From the NCBI GenBank assembly GCA_046052125.1, contig JBJOMY010000001.1, positions 512,001-576,000 of the forward strand: a stretch of 64,000 nucleotides of DNA. The letters run 5' to 3'. The notes beneath the pieces are model-generated. The model was not told where the DNA came from and searched no databases. It saw nothing but the letters and a program-made list of their open reading frames with translations. Source of the DNA: Cyanobacteriota bacterium. GTDB taxonomy: Bacteria; Cyanobacteriota; Cyanobacteriia; PCC-6307; Cyanobiaceae. Numbering within the stretch: the first letter of the stretch is position 1; each line of letters opens with the position of its first letter. Position numbers and translations under genes: made by a program. Below, one piece after another: positions 51,601 through 60,600 of this stretch.

Positions 51601-54600
51601 GGTTCTGGCTGTAATGCTGGCCGTTGTTGTGGGCTGACTGCTGATGGCGTAGTTGCCAACATCAGCGCCGCCATAGCTGGATGTGAGGTTGACGTTTAGG
51701 GGCGTGGAGGCAACATTTTTACTGGCGAAGGAACCAGTGGCACTCACCGTGACCACATCACCATTCACCATCCCGCCAGCGACTAGCACTGCATTGGTCA
51801 CCCCAGCTGTGCTGACGGTGGCATTGGCGGTGCCGTCATAGGTTTTGTCGGCAGCGGTGATGCCGCTGATGGTGAGCGCTTTCGCCGTGATGGTGGCCGT
51901 TAATCCAGTGGTCGGAGCGAGGCTGTAATTGGAGGCCAATTCACCATTAGTGCCGTTGGCCAACACATAGGTGGCTGTCGCTGTTCTTGCGCCAATATTT
52001 TTGCTGTCAAACACACCAGTGGCGCTTGCGAGGGTCACTGTTTGATTGCCCTCAAATCCAGTGATCGTGCCCGGGGTGATCACCGCCGTTGTGGTGCCGT
52101 TGTATTCCCTGCCTGCTGCGGCGCTGTTCGTGATCGTCAGTGCCTTGGGTGTGATCGAGGCTGACAATGCATTGATGGACAGGTTCTGAGCCAGCTGGTA
52201 GTTACTGGCACTTGCTCCAGTTAAGGAGAAACCGCTGGCTGTCACCGTTTGCGGTTGAACGCTGTCGCCTGCGCCGCGCGACACATTCTCACTTGCAAAT
52301 TGGGCGGCATAGCTGTTGATCGCGAGCTGATCATTTGAGATCCGGCCTGTGAACGTTGCTCCTGATGTATCGAGTGTGGCCGTATTTGTCCGGTTGTAAA
52401 CCTTGTCTTGAGCAACCAGCCCACCGATAGCGCTGATGGTGGCGGGTGTGATCGAAGCGCTAAGGCTGAGGCTGGATGTATTGAGCTGATAGTCGCTCAG
52501 TGATCCGCTGCCACCACTGATGCTAGCCAGAGCAAGGCTGCTGAGATTCAGCTGGTTAGCACCCACCACATTGGCATTGTTATAGGCCGCGCTATAGCTG
52601 AGTGTTGCTGAATCACCGGAGGCAAACCCGAGGAGCTGCCAACTGGGCGTAAAACCATTGGCTGCTGTAGTGCCGTCGTAGATCTTAGTTGCGCTGCTGT
52701 TCGTAAGTGTCGCTGTAATGGGTGCCGCTGTGATCGTCACGGCGGCATTGGTTGCATTCAGCGTTGGCAACACATAGTTCGTAGCCAACTCACCGCCACT
52801 GCCATTAGCCAGGGTGATGGCGCTGATGAACTTGCCGGCGGTGGCCACATGAGAATCCGACGCCGTAGCTCCGCTGTAGCTGAGCGTTTCACCGATCACG
52901 CCGGTTGTGATGGTCACGGCTCCAGTGAGATCTGTGCTGCCGTTGTAGGTCTTGCTGGCTGAGAGTGTGACAGTTCTGGCTGTGATGCTGGCCGTTGTTG
53001 TGGGCTGACTGGTGATGGTGTAGTTGCCAAGATCAGCGCCGCCATAGCTGGATGTGAGGTTGACGGTGATGGGTGTGGAGGCAACATCTTTACTGGCGAA
53101 GGAACCAGTGGCACTCACCGTGACCACATCACCATTCACCATCCCGCCAGCGACTAGCACTGCATTGGTCACCCCAGCTGTGCTAACGATGGCATCAGTG
53201 GTGCCGTCATAGGTTTTGTTGGCAGCGGTGATGCCGCTGATGGTGAGCGCTTTCGCCGTGATGGTTGCCGTTAATCCAGTGGTCGGAGCGAGGCTGTAAT
53301 TGGAGGCCAATTCACCATTAGTGCCGTTGGCCAACACATAGGTGGCTGTTGCTGTTCTTGCACCAACATTTTTGCTGTCAAACACACCAGTGGCGCTTGC
53401 GAGGGTCACTGTTTGATTGCCCTCAAATCCAGTGATCGTGCCCGGGGTGATCACCGCCGTTGTGGTGCCGTCGTATTCCCTGCCTGCTGCGGTGCTGTTT
53501 GTAATGGTCAGTGCCTTGGGAGTGATCGTGGCGTTGTTCAGGCTGAGGCTTGTTGTATTGAGTTGATAGTCGCTCAGTGCTCCACTGCCACCAGTAATGC
53601 TGGCGAGGGAAAGGTTGCTGACATTCAGCTGACTGGCACCCACCACGTTGGCATTGTTGTAGGCAGCTGTATAGCTGAGAGTTGCTGAATCACCGCTCAC
53701 TAAGCCAGAGATCTGCCAACTGGGCACAAAGTCGGTGGCTGATGTTGACCCGTCGTAGATCTTGGTTGCGCTGCTGTTCGTAAGTGTCGCTGTAATGGGT
53801 GCCGCTGTGATCGTCACGGCGGCATTGGTGGCATCCAGCGCCGGCAACACATAGTTCGTAGCTAAACCGCCGCCGCTGCCATTGGCCAGGCTGATGGCGC
53901 TGATGAACTTGCCGGTGGTGGCCACATGAGAATTCGACGCCGTAGCTCCGCTGTAAGTCAGGGTTTCACCGCTCACGCCGGTTGTGATGGTCACGGCTCC
54001 AGTGAGATCCGTACTGCCGTTGTAGGTCTTGCTGGCGGAGAGTGTGACGGTTCGGGGTGCGATGGTCGCCGTTAATCCTGTGGTCGGAGCGAGGCTGTAG
54101 TTGGAGGCCAGTCCACCATTGTTGCCGTCGGCTAACGCATACGTGGCTGTAGCTGTTCTTGCTCCAGCGTCTCTGCCATCAAACACACCAGTGGCGCTCG
54201 CCAGCGTGACTGTTTCGTTGCCAACAAAGTCGGATAGGGTTCCTGGCGTGATTGTCGCCGTTGTGGTGCCGTCGTAGGCCCTGCCTGCGGCCGTGGTGCC
54301 GCTGATTGAAAGCGCCTTGGGTGTGATAGAGGCGTTGAGGTTCAGGCTGGATGTCGTGAGCTGATAGTCGCTGAGTGCTCCATTGCCACCAGTGATGCTG
54401 GAGAGGGAAAGGCCGGTGAGATTCAGCTGGTTAGCGCCCACCACGTTGGCATTGTTGTAGGCCGCGCTGTAACTGAGGGCTGCAGTATCACCAGTTAGCA
54501 ATCCAGAGAATTGCCAACTGGGCACGAAGCTAGTGGCTGTTGTTGTGCCGTCGTAGATCTTGCTTGCGCTGCTGTTCGTGAGCGCCGCTGTAACGGGTGC

Positions 54601-57600
54601 CGCTGTGATCGTCACGGCGGCATTGGTGGAATTCAGCGTTGGCAACACATAGTTCGCAGCTAATCCGCCACCGCTGCCATCGGCCAGGGTGATGGCGCTG
54701 ATGAACTTGCCGGCAGTGGCTACATGAGAATCCGACGCTGTTGCACCGCTGTAGCTAAGGGTTTCACCATTCACCCCGGTTGTGATCGTCACGTCTCCGG
54801 TGAGATCCGTGCTGCCGTCGTAGACCTTGCTGGCGGAGAGTGTGACGGTTCTGGCTGTAATGCTGGCCGTTGTTGTGGGCTGACTGGTGATGGTGTAGTT
54901 GCCAAGATCAGCGCCGCCATAGCTGGATGTGAGGTTGACGTTTAGGGGCGTGGAGGCAACATCTTTACTGGCGAAGGAACCAGTGGCACTCACCGTGATG
55001 TCATCACCGGCAATCATGCCGCCAGAAACGAGCACAGCATTGGTGACACCAGCTGTGCTGACTGCGGCGTTGGTGTTGCCGTCATAGGTTTTGTCGGCAG
55101 CGGTGATCCCGCTGATCGTCAGCGGCTTTGGTGTGATGTTGGCTGACAATGCATTGACGGACAGATTCTGAGCCAGCTGGTAATTGCTGGCACTTGCTCC
55201 AGTTAAGGTGAAACCGCTGGCTGTAACCGTTTGCGGTTGAACGCTGCCGCCTGTGCCGCGCGACACATTCTCGCTTGCAAATTGGGCGGCATAGCTGTTG
55301 ATCGCGAGCTGATCATTTGAGATCCGGCCTGTGAACGTTGCTCCTGATGTATCGAGTGTGGCCGTATTTGTCTGGTTGTAAACCTTGTTTTGAGCAACCA
55401 GTCCACCGATGGCGCTGATGGTTGCGGGTGTGATCGAAGCGCTAAGGCTGAGGTTGGATGTATTGAGCTGATAGTCGCTCAGTGTTCCGCTGCCGCCAGT
55501 GATGGTGGCGAGGGCAAGGCTGGTGAGATTCAGCTGGTTAGCACCCACCACGTTGGCATTGTTGTAGGCCGCGCTGTAGCTGATGGTTGCTGAATCACCG
55601 GCTGCAAATCCAGAAAGCTGCCAACTGGGCGTAAAACCGCTGGCTGATGTTGTGCCGTCGTAGATCTTGCTTGCGCTGGTGTTGTTCAGGGAGGCTGTAA
55701 TGGGTGCCGCTGTGATCGTCACGGCGGCATTGGTGGCATCCAGCGCCGGCAACACATAGTTCGTAGCTAAACCGCCGCCGCTGCCATTGGCCAGGCTGAT
55801 GGCGCTGATGAACTTGCCGGTGGTGGCCACATGAGAATCCGACGCCGTAGCTCCGCTGTAAGTCAGGGTTTCACCGCTCACGCCGGTTGCAATGCTCACG
55901 GCTCCAGTGAGATCCGTGCTGCCGTTGTAGACCTTGCTGGCGGAGAGACTGACGGTTTTAGCTGTAATAGTGGCCGCCAACCCCGTGGATGGAGCGAGGC
56001 TGTAATTGGATGCCAATCCACCATTGGTGCCGTTGGCTAACACGTAGGTGGCTGTAGCTGTTCTAGCTCCGGCATCCTTGCTATCAAACACACCAGTGGC
56101 GCTTGCCAGCGCGACTGTTTCGTTGCCGACAAAGCCGGATAGGGTTCCTGGCGTGATTGTTGCCGTTGTGGTGCCGTCGTAGGCCCTGCCTGCGGCCGTG
56201 GTGCCGCTGATTGAAAGTGCCTTGGGTGTGATTGAGGCGTTTAGGTTCAGGCTGGATGTACTGAGCTGATAGTCGCTACTGAACGCGCCACTAGTAGCAC
56301 TGATGCTAGCCAGGGCAAGGTTGGTGAGATTTAGTTGGCTAGCACCCAGCACGTTGGCATTGTTGTAGGCAGCGCTATAGCTGAGAGTTGCGGTATCACC
56401 GTTTAGCAATCCAGAGAGCTGCCAACTGGGCACAAAGTCGGTGGCTGATGTTGAGCCGTCGTAGATCTTGCTTACGCTGGTGTTATTCAGGGAGGCTGTA
56501 ACGGGTGCCGCTGTGATCGTCACGGGAGCGTTGGTTGCATTCAGCGTTGGCAACACATAGTTCGCAGCTAAGCCACCGCCGCCGCCGTTGGCCAGGGTGA
56601 TGGCGCTGATGGTTTTGCCAGCGGTGGTCACATGAGAATCCGACGCCGTTGCACCGCTGTAGGTGAGCGTTTCAGTAGCCACACCGGTTGTAATCGTCAC
56701 GTCTCCGGTGAGATCCGTGTTGCCGTCGTACACCTTGCTGGCGGAGAGTGTGACCGTTCTGGCTGTGATGCTGGCGGTTGTCGTTGACTGCCCTGTAATG
56801 CTGTAGTTGGCTGCGTCATCGCCACCAGTGCTGGAGGTGAGGTTGACGGTTTGACCGGACGCTACGTTTTTGCTGGTGAATGAGCCAGTGGCATTCACTG
56901 TGACCACATCGCCTGTCACGATCCCGTTAGCAGCAACCCCAGCTGTGCTGACAGTTGCTGTGGTGTTGCCGTCATAAACCTTATCGGCAGCGGTGATCCC
57001 GCTGATCGTCAGCGCCTTGGGCGTGATGGCGAACCGATTGTTCGGATCATTCACAAGCACTTTTCCAAGGTCGTTCGTGAGGCCGCTCACATAGACAAGC
57101 GGTGAGGTGCCAACAACCGCGTTATTGGATGTTGACTTGGCTCCGTTGAACTGCCAGGTAGCTGTTCCAGTGATGGTTCCAAGTGCTGCGCCTGATACAA
57201 GCTGGTAGTTACTATTCCGGTAGGTCAGTGTGTTCTCACTGATCACGGGAAGATTGCCGTAGACCGTCGACGTTAATGGTGCAACCACAAAGACAACATC
57301 TTGGCGGTAAATTGCAGTGAGGCCAGTTCCAACCGGTGCGGTGTAGTTCTTGGTGACTTCGTCGCTGTTGAAGCGAAGGTTGACGAGCGATGTTGTCGAG
57401 CCGACAAGAGCATCCAGGTAGCTACTGCCTTGATTCGCGTAACGACCGGAATACAGCAAACCAGTACCTCCGCTGCCAACGTTTGCGGATCCGCCTGCTG
57501 CAACAATGATGTCTCCACTCACTGCAACGCCTGCACTCGCGGTGACACCTGCATTCAAGAGCAATGCAGGTGCGGTCAGAGAGTTGGAAGTGCTGGTGGT

Positions 57601-60600
57601 CTTCACCGGGGCAGACAACGTGAGATCACCTGTATCGGTGGTCACAGTGATGCGTTCAGTTGATGTGATCCCACTCAGTGACCCAACGGTGCCAACGGTC
57701 AGAGCGCCCTCATTTTTGAAGGTAATCTGACGACCTGTTGAAATAGCAATCTTGTCTACATCATTCAAACCAGAGGGCATGACTGGTCCATCTGAGATGA
57801 CCATTAACTCACTCGCAGTAATTTTGCCAGAACCAGACAGGCCCGTTGTCGATTGAGTTGGGTTGTTCGTCGTTATAGAGATGCGTCCTGTTGCCGTTAT
57901 TGGGCTGTTAAGGGTCAAACTTGCCGTATTGAGCGTGAGGTTGCTGCCGGTAAGGCCGCTGCCAGCAATTGTTAAAGCACCTGTGGTGTTAATCGTTGTT
58001 GATCCGGTGCCGCCAAGCGTGTTGCCGATGGTGAGAGCGCTATCGCCACGATTCCAAACCAGATTCGCATTGTTCGTGATGCTGCCCGTTACGCCTGCAC
58101 TGCTGCTTTCCCCAACGCCGAGCTGCAGAGTTCCCGCATTGATCGTCGTATTGGTGATGGTATTGGCTTCTAGCAGGGTTGTGGTTCCTGTGCCATTCTG
58201 CGTCAACGACGAGGCAGTGATTGCTTTTTGAAAGGTCATATCACCAGAGCCAATGATATTGACGGTGCTCATGGGAGGAGTGCCATTCGTTGTAATTGCT
58301 TTACTTATTGTCGCTGCAACATTGCTTGGGTTATTGAACGCGACTGAGCCTGTTCCATTCGCGAAATATATTTGGCTCTCAAATGTCGGGTCCTTGTCCA
58401 GGTTGATCTGCAGTCCACCACTGTAGATATTGGTAGCACCGGTGTAGCTGGGCTTCTCAAGAATTGTTGTTCCGCTGCCCCGCTGATTAACTACTCCAAT
58501 CCCGATGATCTCGTTGGTGATGGTGAGGTTGTTGCTGCTGTTCAGGTTGAGGTTGTTGAGGGCACTAGTCATGTTGACTATGCCTGTTCCGAGCGCATTC
58601 GCAGCGGTTATCTCTATGTTCCCAGTTTTAATAGTAGTGCCGCCGCTATATGTATTTGATCCAGTAAGAGTGACTTGGCCGCTAATATCGATAACGACGG
58701 ATCCAGTACCGCTGATGTTCTGATCAAAAGTAAGGGGGCCAGCGCGATTTATAGTCAATGTACCGTTGTTGATAACGGCTCCGCTGCCGATGGCTCCCCA
58801 GGTAAAAGAAGCGTTGGATCCTACTTGCAGTGTTCCGGCTTGGATCGTTGTTGTCCCGGTATTGGTATTGCTGCCGGTGAGTGTAAGTGTCCCAGCGCCT
58901 AGCTTTGTAATACTTCCATCACCCGTTAGAGTGGCTCCCCACGTAACAGTCCTCCCGTCCGGGATGTCGATCTTGTAGGCGTTTGATCCTGTTGACGTGT
59001 TGAACCTAGATGAATTGTCAGTTGAGTTTGCATAAAGCAGCGTACCGCCACGGAAGCTGATCGTTCCGCTTGAGCTAAGGGCATTGGAACTATATACGCC
59101 AATTATTCCTGAATTGAGAACTGTGCCCCCTGTATACGTGTTGTTGCCACTTAGCGTCTGCGTGCCTGTGCCGCTCATGGTCACGGCCCCGCTGCCTGAA
59201 ATGACCCCGGAGTAATGCGTGCTAGACGTGAGCGCCCCACCCAGGTTGGTGCCGCCCACATTGAAGGTGAGCCCTCCTGCGCTGATGGAGATCGCACCCG
59301 ATCCGGTTACTGCACCCGTTGTGGTTTTCAGTTCTAGGCCGCCCGCGCCCGAGCGGGTGATGTTATTGGTGAGGATGATGTTCCGGTAGGCATCTAGGGT
59401 GAGTTTGTTGGCGGTACTGCTGCTGAAATTCGTTGCAACGGTGATATCACCGGCTTGTGTTCCGGCTGAGCCGGCTCCACCGGTTCTCACCGTGACGTTC
59501 GAGCTATTCAGTGCCGTCGTGAGGGTGTAATCATCGACCACTGCCGAATCAGCAGTGGCTGTGAACGATCCATCCACTCCTGCCTGCGTTGCTGACTTGA
59601 TGGTGATGTTGTAGGGGTCCAGCAACCACAGGCCCGTTTCACCCGCTGCTGCTGTTGTATCCACGCGGATGTCATCCACCTTCAGGTCGTAGCCGGAGGT
59701 TTCGATGCGGCCGCCGTTACCGCCCGCCGTCCCGCCTCTGGCAAGCAGCGTGCCCGACACCGTTGTGACGCTCTGCGGGTTCTGGATATCACTCCAGGCC
59801 ACCACGGTGCCGCCATCGCCGCGTTGCAGGGCCGATGCATCGAGGAGTGCCCCTTGGGCAATGGTGGTGGTGATGGCCTGACGTACGGCTGGGTTGCTGT
59901 TTTGCCAGCTGCCGCCGATCTGGATCAAACCACCTGCTGTTGCACCTGTGGCATCCACCACAGCCGTTGAGCCCAGATTGATGGCATTACCCACAACCGT
60001 GATGGCACCGCCCTTGAGGCCATCGTTGGCACGGATGACCCCTTGAATGTCAACGCTGCTGCCAGCCAGCTCAACGCTTTGCGCTGCGCTGAGCGTGGCG
60101 GCTTTGCCAACTTCAATGTTGCCGCCGCTGATCAGGCTGAGGTTTTGGCCTGATTGCAGCACTTCATGCACAACAATCGATCCGGTGTGTGCTGCATCGC
60201 CAATGGTGAGTTGGCTAACGGGGGCCGCCTTGATGGCTTCAAGTGTGGTGCCGCTGAGGGTGAGCGCTGGTGAGGAAGCAGCCGCGCTGGGCTGGGGAGC
60301 GCCCACTTGAATGGCCAGGTTGGGTGCGCTTGTGGTGATTTGCAGCTGGCTGGATTGGCCCAGATCAAGGGCCACTTGGATGGGTTTGGCAATCTCGATC
60401 TCCGCTGCCGAGAGCCGGATCGATGGAGCGGCGAGGAAGAGGTTGCCTTGGAAATTGAGCTTTTGGGCAACGCTGATATCACCCCTGATCTCAATGCGCG
60501 TGGGGGCTAACACCTCAAGGCTGTTCAGCCCTGTAAAGCCACTGAGGGTGATGTTGCCTGTGTTCGCGAAGTTGCAGGATGTGGAGCAGGCCTCGATCAC

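Noticed and set aside
49441..57027. Long repeats as a possible CRISPR array or non-coding repeat
   Set aside because: Units are about 250-300 nt, in frame within one ORF, with no short constant repeat and unique spacer pattern; no cas genes
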